From assembly GCA_001938485.1 (NCBI GenBank), contig MQRK01197295.1, positions 8,506 through 68,792 on the forward strand: a DNA stretch of 60,287 bases. The letters run 5' to 3'. Positions within the stretch are counted from its first letter, which is position 1, and the number at the start of each line of letters is the position of its first letter. The notes beneath the pieces are model-generated. The model did no database searches. It saw only the letters and a list, made by a program, of their open reading frames with translations, and was not told where the DNA came from. The position numbers and the translations under genes are program-made. Origin of the DNA: Girardia tigrina (taxonomy: Eukaryota). Below, in pieces: positions 48,730 through 60,287 of the stretch.

Positions 48730-49884
48730 CCAGGTTGAATCAAAAGTTATTCATACTTTTTAGTGAATAAAAATTTTTGTTTTTAAAGCCAATAAAAAGG
48801 TAAATCAAACTACATTTTAAAAGTTAAATCTTTTAACTTCTTTCCCTTATGTTTTTACATTTTAGAATAATTGAAGAAAAAGCAGTAATTTGTGTCTTAT
48901 TAGAACATTATTGGAAAAAAGGCCCAACAGCAGCAGATGCTACGCGAGAAATCTGTAACGTGGAAGGCTAGTTTATGGTTAAGGAAAAACAGCTCAGGGG
49001 GGTTTCGTCATTTTAATTAGATAGATAACAGTCCTGAAAATCAGGAACGTTCAGGTCGACCATCAAAAGTGAACAAAGAGGTATTTCGTGCCCTGTTGGA
49101 GCAGCCCTGTACTAGCGCCCGCAGGATATCAGAGGAGCTTTGCTATTCTCGAAGCACCATTATTTGTCGTCTGCATAACTTGGGTTTAGTAAATAAAATC
49201 TACTCTGAGTTTCCCATGAATTGACAAATATTTAAGCCCAGCTTCGATTTTATGTTTACCTTCAACTACTGAATAACTTCTGTGGCAACCTTTTTTGGGA
49301 GCGAATTATTGTTCGTCAAGGTCGCATCAAAAGGGACGTGATGTTTGGTGGAATTATGATGGACCTGTGCACTTGGAACTTGTTTCTGATGGTTGAGCTA
49401 TGGATGGCAATCTTTACGCTGAATAATTACAGCGTCTTTATGATGCTTTGAGCACTTGCTACTCAGGATTGTTGAATAACGGTAGAGCAATCCTGCAGCA
49501 TGACAATGCTTCAGCTCATTCATCACGAAGGATGAAGCAGGAAATTCAGGAACTGCAATGCATTGAAGTCATTCTCCACCAAGTGTATAGCTCAGACCTT
49601 GACTATTGTGATTATTTTCTGTTTCGATCTCTCTCAAACTTTTACCAAGGGAGATGCTTGGGTTTAGAGGAATAAGTCAAAACTGGAATCACCGAATTTT
49701 TGCCTTCTAAACAACTGCATGGTATCGCCATGGGATTGAGGAATTGTCAGAAAGTTGGCTTTGAGTCATTGAAAACGATGGACTGTGTTTCGAGGAATAA
49801 TATAATCAGTATCATAAAACTTTGTGTAAACATAATATTATTAATAGTCACATAAAAACATGAATAACTTCTGACTCAACCTGG
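48730..49884 (+). mobile_element. Full-length degenerate mariner
   Basis: TIRs CCAGGTTGA(A/G)TCA(A/G)AAGTTATTCAT with TA on both sides; ERSGRPSKVN, ILQHDNASAH...YSSDLDYCDYFLF; many stops. Confidence 0.92.
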
Positions 49885-51099
49885 TAACATTTATTCTGAT
49901 TAAAATTCTCAGTTGATATTTTTCATTTTTAGGTCTTCTATATTATAATTATATGCAAAAATTCAAAAATAAAAATATATTTTGAACATTTCTCAATTGT
50001 CTTTTAAATCAGAGAAACCCGTTTGTTGTGATAAGAAACTTATTTATTTGGAAGTTTTCGTGACATTTGCGTGTTTTTTTCCATTAAAATAAAGTAAATA
50101 AATTCTATCGAATGTATCAATCTTTGACATAGAAATAATCAGTTTTTAATGCTGTCAGTTTGAGATACTGTCAATTTACGACGGCCCAAGAGTCCGAGGA
50201 ATGACTACTGGGGATGAGAGCACGAGCAAGAATACTGCTCATTACCATAAATATTAGAAGTGAAAAAACGGCGAAAATTGTTAACAAAAATAAAACAAGT
50301 CAATAAGTCTGTTATTTTAATTTTGCTTCCTGATTTGTAATGGCAAATAAATGGTCGATAACGATCGGAATCGTCCAAGCGGGAATTATCATTCATGTCA
50401 AAAAGATAATTGAGGAACATTTAAAAGATATTTGAGGGGGTAAAATTTCAAATATGAAAATCTTGCAATTACAGTAAAAGATAGTAAAAGGTACAAAGCG
50501 TTTTAATTTTATTTAACAACAATAGATTTATCATTTTTAAAACTTTAAACTGAAATTAGTTTTATTACAATTTTATAAATATTTAATAGAAACATGAATA
50601 AAATCTGATAAAAATAAGATTTTTAATAAAATTAAACACGAATTAATGAAGGTGCAACATAAAAATATATTTTTGTATTATTCAATTCCCTCATGTATAA
50701 TGTAGAGAAAATGAATTTTAAAATTCTGTTTCCTCAGTTTAATAATTATAGGGAGAGAGTGTGCTGTGATTAGGTCCTAAGATAAATGTGCAATCGGATC
50801 TCTTGACAACATTATTGAGTGTGTTTAGATGGCACAATTATTCATTGATTAATTTATCACTGCTTGCCTAAGTAATATTTTCATATTTTCTTTATGAGCT
50901 AACGATGATTTTCTAGTAATTTATTTTAACAAAATTTACAAATTTTCTACCAAAAAATTTACACCATATTTTAACATTCTCTTGTCTCAATTATATTGCA
51001 TAAAACAGCAGTGGTGAAGTTTCCCTGCAGCTTGAATTTAGTTCATTTGATAGTGATGTCTCTGATAATTAAGATAATTTTACAATTCAATAATTGCCA

Positions 51100-52900
51100 T
51101 TAATTTAAAAGAAGTTTCTAAAATTTGTTAAAAAGTTAAGCATACTTTTAGCTTACCGTACCCTACTGAGATATTTCAGCTAACCAACAGTTGATAAATG
51201 CTGGTTTGGATAATTGATTTTTAATGTTATCGTATATGTCTTTCTGTGATCTTCTGAAGAACTTAAAAATTCTTAGTAAACTCTTTGATAGTCTTAATTC
51301 TTTAATGTCTTATAAACGTTCTAAAAGAGTATTTTCTTGTTGAGATTTGTATGTATTTCTTCTGTATCCATGATTTTCTAGAAATTTAATCTCTTTATAA
51401 GAATTTTGAACTTGTTTGGGTTCAAAGATAAACCAAAGCTGTCAAATCTCTTGATAAACTCTTTTAAAACGGTGTGATATTTATTTAATATTTGTTTCGC
51501 AACTTATGTCTTATAAATATATTGAGACCCCACTCGTCATAAATTTCTGTCGCAGCTATCCGGATAGGAATTCTTTTGAAGCTAAACTGAGTCAATTTTG
51601 TCAGAAGTAAAATCAATAGATGGTTTTATTTTTGCTCCTAGTTTGCGGTTCACAATATCGGAGGTCATGATATTCATTCTTACCTCTTTGTATAACAATT
51701 AATCGACTTGTAAGCCTTAGATTTTCACGGTTAAATTCTCACCATGCATTTTGTGGTAGAATATTGTTTTTCGTTGTTTTACTTTTTAGGGTCCTGTGTG
51801 AAGCCTCATTTCTGATTTTGAAGATCTAGTTTGCTTCATGTTTAAGATTTTAACACTATAATTTTTCTAAATTGTTGGTACTTTATTGAAAGGCTCCGGT
51901 TGACTTGTTTGACCTTCTTCTTTTGTGTTGTATATTAATTTCTTCTATCTGTAGCGATTTGGATCATTTGGGAAATTCTTTCTATACTTTTTGACATCGT
52001 ACATTGGAAAGTTTTCTTACTGCCTCTCTTTCTTCCTCAGATTTTTACGTCTTCTTGGTAGACTTGCATTGCAATTTTCATAATTGTAGCCTTTCGTACC
52101 GAATCCAGGGCACTTGATGGTACAGTAGTATTTAACTTCACCAGTTCTACCACATCCGAAGCAAATCTGGAGCTTCTGTTTCGGGGCTGGATGGAAGAAC
52201 AGCATTTCCTTGTTCCTCTTTGTCTTTGCTGAGTAAATATCCGGCCTGGTTGGTAAAGTGTATTCTTTCGTTGGTCTTGCAATACACTATATTATGATGA
52301 CCTGATGTACGATCAGTATTTCTTCATGTGTCTCGTTTTTTACCATCTGTTCTTCTCAAATCGCATTGATTTTATCAAGTTTGCTTGGATCGTATCAATT
52401 TCCTTAATTGTTACTTTGATGTATTCATTTGAACATATCAACTTCTTTTCAAATATTATTATCGTCTAAGTAGTGTAGTAGGATGTCTTTCGCTATCTCT
52501 TAATCATTTCATTTTATACCTCTTATTTACGCTAATTTTATGATGGTCTTGAAACACATGATCTATCCGAAACACAGTATATCATTTAATTTTTCGTCAA
52601 AATATTCGAATAAAGATGCTTTATAGACAAATGGTTTTCGCAAAAATGTCTCTCAAATTGTTGATTCTAAAGTAGACTTCTTCATATCTTTTGATAGTAT
52701 CTTTGTCCAGTACCATCTTCTCAAAAACAGAATAAGTATTTTCTGTAGTTTTCGTCTGCTCAAAGAATCACCCACATTTCGTTATGAAAAATTTCATGTA
52801 CTTGTCTTTTGTGTACCCACCCGAAGAATTTTCGAGGTCGAGGTCTTCATATTTTAAAAATAGAACTATGATATATCTTTCGAACAATTTAGTTTAACAA
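51100..52900 (-). mobile_element. Decayed Ty3/Gypsy LTR-retrotransposon internal region
   Basis: Degenerate double zinc knuckle CFGCGRTGEVKYYC..CPGFGTKGYNYENC (52017-52205); RT remnant RFDSFGLSLNPNKF downstream; gag-before-pol order. Confidence 0.65.
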
Positions 52901-53511
52901 ACATTTTTTTACTTTAATCCAATAAATTGTATATTTAAATACTTCATTTTTATTTTTATGTCATTCTTTTTCAACTGTTTTTAATGATACACCTGTTATC
53001 TTCTTAATAGAGCATTGGTTCACTTAAATAGGACATTCTATACATAAGGGTTAAAAACCTAACTAGATAAATGCTAACTCACCAAAGAAAATCAACCATT
53101 TTTCATTTTGATATAACGTCGTCATTTTTAAAGGGCATTAATATATGAGGAGAGAAGAAAAAAATAAAAATAGATACAAAAACACATACACACACCACAA
53201 ACACACCAAAAAATTCGAAGACAGATTAATATACATGCATATTATTTTTGTATTCTTCTGAGGCAATTTCGTTTTAATAGGGCAAATTAAAATTAAAATA
53301 TACAGAAAGAAAACCAAAATAAAGATGAAATACAAGAAAAAGGAAATTTGGAGTCCTTTCCAAAAACTAAAAATGACAAATAATTTTGTTTCAGGACGGT
53401 TAATAAACCTTCATCCAACATTGACGAAATATTCCTCACACGATCGTCATTTATCTTTTATATACAAAATAAAGAAAAACAGAAAATAAAAAAACAAATA
53501 TTCATTAAATT

Positions 53512-53881
53512 TTATCTAATAATAACAGAGATATGTTTCTCTGAACAAAACGTTCCTTTACCAAATCGATTGGTATTTTTCGTCATTTCAAGAAATCTAA
53601 ATGTAACTCGCCGATATGGGGCACCCACAATACAAAACTTTAAAGTCCCTCTAGCATGTTGAAGTAGATTACCTGAGGAAATTCCAACATGATTCGGTAG
53701 TGGTTAATGAGCAGTGATTTTTTGATGCAGCTAAATCCGAGTTGATACTGCCGGATTTATTTATGAAGTAAACATCGGAAATCTCGTAATCTGAATTAGA
53801 TTTCGAGTAGCAGCCCATTTCGAATTTACGCTTTATAAAGAACGAGCTATCGAGAACGCTTTTGCTGCATTCTATTCGCAT
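53512..53881 (-). CDS. Possible nested antisense 2-exon orphan gene (53881-53673, 53596-53512), 97 aa
   Basis: ATG, 69 codons, phase-2 AG|GTAATC donor, 76-nt intron, TTTAG acceptor; the frame stays open to TAA. Confidence 0.3.
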
Positions 53882-54624
53882 GTTTTCCAATTAAATAATA
53901 CTAGATTTCATTCGATATCGATAATAAATAATAGAAATAAATGTGGAGTTTTTCTTTGCAACGGTAAATTAAAATTTAAATATACATTAATGTATATTAT
54001 TGTACATAGGGTCCTTAACAAATGACAAAATGCCCTATTAAAATGAAAACTGGTGTATACAAATATTACTTGAAGGTCTTTAAATATTGAGAATTAAAAT
54101 ATCTAATAGTTAATAAATATCAAACAATTATTTGTACTATTGAACAATTTGAAATGATTTTATTCTAACTTATTTTGTAGAAATTTGATAATTATTATTA
54201 TATAAATTTAATATTAATATTCGTTTTGTATTTCTAATTGTAAAATTTCAATTTTTAAAAAAATATAAAAAAAAACAACAGTAATAATTTTCCTTTTCCA
54301 TTCGATAAGGCAAATATTCTCCAGAAAATAATAATTAATACTCTAATTTCATTTAAATATTTTTCAGCTAAATTTCAGTGAAATCGTATATAACTCAAAC
54401 ATAAACCCATTATAGCAATGGGAAACAAGCACGACAGAGAGTGAAGAGGTAAATGGATTTTGCATAATTTGCCCACTCCAGTCTTCATTAGATTCGATCG
54501 ATAAGAGCTGCCTCGCTGATCGGGACATGCGACCAGCCACCGGGGCAGCCGACACACATGCTCACTGCTTCACACACACATGCTCTCAATGGGACGGCCG
54601 ACCGACCAACTGATTGACCGGCAG

Positions 54625-54660
54625 ACATACATACATACATACATACATACACACATACAC
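54625..54660. repeat. (CATA)n microsatellite
   Basis: ACATACATACATACATACATACATAC... Confidence 0.9.
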
Positions 54661-55675
54661 TATCATCTGAATCAGTTCTGTTAATCGCAGATGAGATTCT
54701 GGTGACTGAGATTAATTGTTGTCATTGTGAACAGATCCCGGTTCTGATTGACGGCCACTGATCGAGGAGACCGGGTGATCTGAACCACTTGAATCAGATG
54801 AGGATCATTCCATTATTAGAATATACCTTTCTATTTTCTAATTACAAAAAATAAAAATCTATTTTGTTTTCATTAAATTTTTATCTGTTTCTTTTTATTT
54901 CATCTTATGAGACATAAAACATCTTTTTATTATTTTACAGAACGATTTTTATAAAAATTATTTGATTTAGATTTTATGTTGTCGGAATTGATATTTTGTG
55001 ATTGAAAAGGAAAATAAAAAATAATAATTTAATTAAAATTTGATTTCAATAATTAATAATTTTACCTCCTGAAGTCATTAAGTACCAGATTTATATTTTG
55101 AAATATTTTAACTATAGATTTGTACTAAAATGAATTAAAAATGCGTATTTTAGACAATAAAAGAAAAACATCAACAAATATTTTTTTTACCAATACTTTT
55201 GGGGATTGTGGGAGGTACAATGGGAAAAACTAACGCAAATTGAACAAAACATTTATTCAAAAACTAGAGATAGCCAAACTAAACTTTTTCGTCTACTGCG
55301 AGTATAAGACCCCTTTAAAAATTTTAAAAACAAGATAACACTCTTTGAAAATATTAAGAGCGATAAAATACTTTATTTTTTTGTAAATTTGCAAGCTCTT
55401 TCAGTTGTTTATTTTTCTTAAAAAATCTGAAATAAAAATCATTGAACATCCTCATCACTTTTAAATTATATTTTTAGAACATTTCCTTTCTTGAAAAACA
55501 AGAAAACCCTTGTGATTCGAGTATAATACCCCCCAAAGCTTTTTAACTAAAATTTTGAAAAGGCATAGGATAATACGGATTATCTTATTTATTAAACCTT
55601 ATAAAGTATATTTAATAATTTTTTGGGATCATATTTATTTAATGTAAATGACTTATTTTAATTATCCCATTGTAG

Positions 55676-55698
55676 CGATGCATGTGCAGCAACAACAA

Positions 55699-55733
<35 letters not shown>

Positions 55734-56078
55734 ACGATTGCTGGAACAAAGAAAGCTTTTAGCAGCTCAATTGTCGACGATGCATCCTGGTCAATCGATG
55801 AAGATCACACCAGTTGCAGCCAGTACGTTGCCAAGGGATCAGCATAGTGCTACCCATCATATGCATTTGGGGAAAGTCGATATTCAAACGCAAATGGCAG
55901 CCGCTAGTCAAGCACATTTGTGTCATAATCATCAATTAAATCTTCAGAGACAAGTTGATTTGGTAGACAATGCCAACGCCGCCGTCGTTACGAACACAGA
56001 ACTGACCGACACTCAAGAGAAGGATGGGCATACGTGTGTTCTAAACAGCTCTGCTGACTCTGGGTACAGTTCCAACAG
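55676..56078 (+). CDS. PolyQ-containing internal exon of the same Gln/His-rich gene
   Basis: TTGTAG acceptor (phase 1, compatible with the donor at 42574, giving ...ELHR-A-MHVQQQ), long CAG/CAA tract, CAG|GTATGC donor (phase 2). Confidence 0.8.
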
Positions 56079-56341
56079 GTATGCAATCTACTCAAAAAGT
56101 TCATTTTTTTCTTTTCATTATTCCATTAGTGATGTCGAAATTGATTTGGGAAAGATTTTAAAACTGTAATTGATTTTAATAGATTTGGAGATTAATTATG
56201 CTTTTGACAATTTTTGTTCTCACAAATAATATTATTAATTTTCTTTTTTATCAATTTAAGTACATTAATCTCAGATAAATCGTACTTTGAATAATTATTT
56301 TAGCTTTGTTGAAATGTTTGGGAAAATACAAATACATATAT

Positions 56342-56542
56342 GAGCCGTTTATTTTGAAAGTGGTCTAATTCCATTTATGTTAAAATCAAGATATTTAAGG
56401 GTTAGCGTTAATCAACTAATATTTGTTATAAAAAAACTTAATGATTTTATACAAATTTAGATCACGACAAAATGTAATTATTTAAATTGTTAGCTTAAAT
56501 TTTTGGAAAATGGAATTAGGACACCTTCAAAATAAACGGCTC
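56342..56542. mobile_element. MITE with GAG...CTC ends and ATAT flanks (Sola-like)
   Basis: ~35-bp TIR GAGCCGTTTATTTTGAA(A/G)GTG..CTAATTCCATTT; ATAT on both sides. Confidence 0.8.
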
Positions 56543-57979
56543 ATATATAAGAATGGAATTCGTTACGTTTAGTGTATTTTTGTTTAATTTTTAAGAAAAA
56601 TGGAATGAGTTCATTTTAATCCAATGATTTATTTGTTTAAATTATTTTATAGACCCGTATCATAAGTTAGTTTAATATGTGGTGTGCATTGACCTGAATA
56701 TGGGAATTGTATTTGCACAAAGTGAAATATAATTTAAAATTTGATTTTATTAAATTATAAATATAAATTTATTTAAAAAGGAAATATAAATAATTTTGAT
56801 ACAGTATAATAAGATATATATATATATATATATAGTTAAATATTCAAATATAAAGTATTTTTAATTTATTATTTCCCTCTTGAAAAATATAAATAATATT
56901 CCACTTTCAATTTTTATTAAATTTGAGGGAAGTTTAAAGTTTTGCAAAATGTTAAACTTATTCATAATTTCTATTTTAACAAACGTTATTAACTAATTTA
57001 ACAAAATCATTTACTTTTTAGATTTTATTTTTGGTTTAATATTGATGGATTAATTATCTTCATCTGTGAAGCAGCAAATAATCCTTCCCAGCATTCCCAT
57101 AATACCAAAGATTATCACATTATAAGCCAACAGAACCTAATTGAATATTATAAAAATAGTTTGTCTATTTGAATCAGTTGTAAATATTGTTATTTTATGT
57201 TTTTTTTCTTATAATTTTTAGTTATCAAGAAAATATATTATAAGATATTCAAATATAACAAAAAACAGCCATTTTAGAACGCATTTTGTCTCCTAGTTTA
57301 TACATGTTGTTCTAGACCCTCCTTTTGTCTTGTGCTCCTTGTTATCAATAAAAGAATTTGATGAAAATTGAATCTTCCTTGATAACTTATTGATAATTTA
57401 ATCCTCCTAATGAACGTCATGCTTATCAATTAGGATAAATCTTCTTGCATTGGAGGATGTCATCAAATAGCGCAATATTCCTTCGGGAAAACATACAAAT
57501 TTGGATAGGCTAAAGTATTTTTCAATGTATCTATTTTTAGTATTAATATTAATTTTATAAAAATTAAATAATTATATATATATTTTGCTAATATTAAATT
57601 AATTGCAAACATTTTTTACAATTTAAAATAATTTTCTTCGCCGCCTCTTTTCACAGATAATGAGCAGCTTAATCAGGCTTTCAAAACAGAGTTTTTAGAT
57701 TATGTTTTGGCGGAGTATTTTTAATTAATAATAATCGCAACTATTTTACTTGTCAAAAGTGATGAATTGAATCAGCGCATCCCAGATGTGAGGAGGAAGA
57801 TGTGGAGGATGACCGGGGATAAAGGGAGAATGGGTCGTTGCAGTCAGACTGAAACACCATCTTAATGAATGCAGTCCAAGTTGCAAATAATGTTAATGAT
57901 TAAAGTGGTGATAAATATTATTCTTAAAAAAATAAACTAATTTAAAGTATTTATTAAAAACAAAAACACGTCATTTGTT

Positions 57980-58675
57980 AAATTTATTTTTTACGACAAT
58001 TAATTTCGACGGTATAACCGTCATCGTCAGGTCTCAAGAAAGAAATGAATTTTAAATCTGCTTATATAGGCNNNNNNNNNNNNNNNNNNNNNNNNNNNNN
58101 NNNNNNNNNNNNNNNNNNNNNNNNNNNNNNNNNNNNNNNNNNNNNNNNNNNNNNNNNNNNNNNNNNNNNNNNNNNNNNNNNNNNNNNNNNNNNNNNNNNN
58201 NNNNNNNNNNNNNNNNNNNNNNNNNNNNNNNNNNNNNNNNNNNNNNNNNNNNNNNNNNNNNNNNNNNNNNNNNNNNNNNNNNNNNNNNNNNNNNNNNNNN
58301 NNNNNNNNNNNNNNNNNNNNNNNNNNNNNNNNNNNNNNNNNNNNNNNNNNNNNNACGTCTCTCCAATGTATGTGGCATTACACCCATTACATGTAAATTT
58401 ATATACGAGATCCGAACATAATCCAAATGGGGTTGGAGATTTATTACAAAACACATTTTGGATTTTATATTTTGTGATATTATTTTTAAATTAAAGACAT
58501 TATTTACGCATTTTAAAATTGAACGTATCATATTATATTTGTATCGAGATTCACAAAAACTATTTGGGGTTGTATATAACCCAGTATCAGTTTTTTGTGA
58601 ATCTCGATACAAATATAATATGATTAGAGGACTAATTTTTCGATCTTGGTCATTATCATCAACTTATACAAACGT
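57980..58675 (-). mobile_element. Penelope-like element 3' fragment with an internal inversion
   Basis: TDTGLYTTPNSFCESRYKYNMIR (RT thumb) and DLVYKFTCNGCNATYIGET (GIY-YIG), then a gap, then TATA and hammerhead. The plus strand carries FCESRYKYNMIRGLIFRSWSLSS. Confidence 0.9.
57995..58033 (-). ncRNA. Minimal hammerhead ribozyme of a PLE
   Basis: GAC-CTGACGA-T-GACGG[TTATA]CCGTC-GAAAT-TA-ATT-GTC; palindromic stem III ATTAAT; TATATAA ~30 nt upstream and AATAAA downstream. Confidence 0.85.
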
Positions 58676-59192
58676 TTTTTTTAAACATAATTTGCCATTA
58701 TTTTTAAATTTTAGAATATTTATTAAAAGATTTAAAAAAATTTTCATGTGTTAAAAAAGTATTTGGTGACAGTCATAAAAATTAATTTATACATAGTGCC
58801 TCACAATTACGTGAACTAATAAATTTGCTAATCCTCCATCCGAAGGTTGTTAAAAATGAACTCTCAATTTAATTTTGTAAATTCAACGGTTCTCGGATTA
58901 TAATTTCATTGATATTGTAAATACAGGATGTAATATTTTTTTTAAAAAAAGATCCAAGTCTCGCAAGCAATTTGAGGCATTCTAAGATTGTAAAAATTTG
59001 AAAAGTAGAAGTGGGTAAGATCGACATTTTATAAGATCGAATACTTTAATATGAACGTACACTTAAATATACGCAGCCGTCCTTTTAATCCTGAAAGTCT
59101 CTGAAATTTAGTTATATAAGGAAAGAATGAAATTGCAATGAATTTTTCATAATGTTTTAACATTTAGTCTTATGTTAATTCCATTTAATATA

Positions 59193-60140
59193 TTAGGGTG
59201 AAACAAGAGTTCTTTCTAATTTTCTTAAACAATTTAAATAAAATTTTATAACAACTCAAAAACAACCCTGAAGCAAAGTGAAGACTATTTAAATATATGG
59301 CTTGAGTCCATCTATCAGCAAGTTTATCAATCCCGTTTTGATACCATCCTACGTCTTAGCATCGGTTTCCCACCTCATTCAGATTTTTGAAGAGGCAATT
59401 ATCAAGTAAGTACATCATGAAATGGAAAAGGCAACAGTTATATAGCGTAAGTTTCGGGCGGAAGTATGGAGGAAGTTCATTGAAGTCAAGATTTACGTTG
59501 GTGATATGTGGTTTTTGGTTATTTTAATGGAGAAAAAAGTGTTTTAAATTGATCAAAGTTGGCTATTTTCGGCTAAGCACTGCATATATCCAATCAAGTT
59601 TGTTGCAATACAGACCATTGAGGATAGTTCAACCATTGGAAAAAAATTGAAGTGAATTACGTGTTCGGCATTCAATAAATCGATGAGAATTGAATATAAT
59701 ATGAGGAATCATTTCTTTTCAGTTTAACAGTTGATTTTGTTTTTCTGGATTGTTAAAATATATAGACATTTAGTCAAAAGTAACGATTCAGTGAATAAAC
59801 GGTTATTAAATGGATTTCGCATCAATTTTCAGTTTGTCTCCACACATCGTGGAGCTTGAATTTCAATCAATTCAAAAAGCAGCTCTCAGAAATACCTATT
59901 GACTTTTCTAAGATCTATGAGTACTGGCTGAGGGATTTGTTTCATTCGCTTCACGGATCGCTTTAGAATTAACTATGGTATGTGAACGCTACTTGTCTCT
60001 AAACTCAGGGTCGCAGTCATTGAAGTTTGTAACCAACTTTGCGTAGTACGACCCGAAACATCATTTTCACCTCAATTACGTATATCTTCTTTGTTGCTGC
60101 CGTTTCATTATATCCTTGTTTTCAATAATAGTGTAAAAAG
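59193..60140 (-). mobile_element. Degenerate mariner relic
   Basis: Minus-strand LH*NNQKPHIT (LHDNAKPH-like), ELPPY..., WYQNGIDKL; TIR-like TTAGGGTGAAACAAGAGTT at 59193. Confidence 0.65.
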
Positions 60141-60170
60141 ACAAATTTCTAATTTGTTCATGATATACTA

Positions 60171-60287
60171 CAGTGCGTTCAAAAAGAAACTGTGCACCTG
60201 CAATTTCAAAACAAGAACGATATCCTGTGTTCTAAAAATCAATAACAAAATATTTTGAATAGTCAATTTTATGTGAAGAACAATGAC
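60171..60287. mobile_element. Possible terminus of a Tc1-like element at the window edge
   Basis: TA-CAGTGCGTTCAAAAAGAAACTGTGCACC resembles Tc1-type TIR starts; the partner TIR is not in the window. Confidence 0.4.

Noticed and set aside
1-60287. CRISPR arrays, tRNAs or prokaryotic operons
   Set aside because: No regularly spaced repeats, cloverleaf structures or operon-like ORF density; the DNA is clearly eukaryotic.

Overview
Very AT-rich eukaryotic genomic DNA with assembly gaps, spliceosomal introns and dense transposon relics. The composition and the mix of Penelope and mariner elements suggest an invertebrate such as a flatworm; this is inference only. Recognisable parts: (i) four Penelope-like element (PLE) fragments, each ending in a minimal hammerhead ribozyme motif; (ii) seven mariner relics and one DD40D Tc1/rosa-like element, several with TIRs and TA duplications; (iii) several MITEs (hAT-, piggyBac-, Sola-, Tc2-like and foldback) and decayed Ty3/Gypsy pieces; (iv) a 5S-rRNA-derived SINE with poly(A) and an 11-bp TSD, whose 3' tail recurs on a second element; (v) an intronless Hsp90 N-terminal domain fused in frame to unrelated sequence; (vi) two large Gln/His-rich exons of an unidentified host gene, joined in phase across a 13.1-kb intron. 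The least explained signal is a dispersed array of 6-7 units on both strands. Each unit has a conserved ~80-bp motif (TGAGGAATATTT...TCTCCCACCCAGATGGA) followed 210-305 bp later by a homologous short Cys/Asn-rich orphan ORF. One unit has a clean 2-exon 127-aa model, one is a 45-aa ORF, and the rest are disabled. All coordinates were read by eye and may be off by a few bases.
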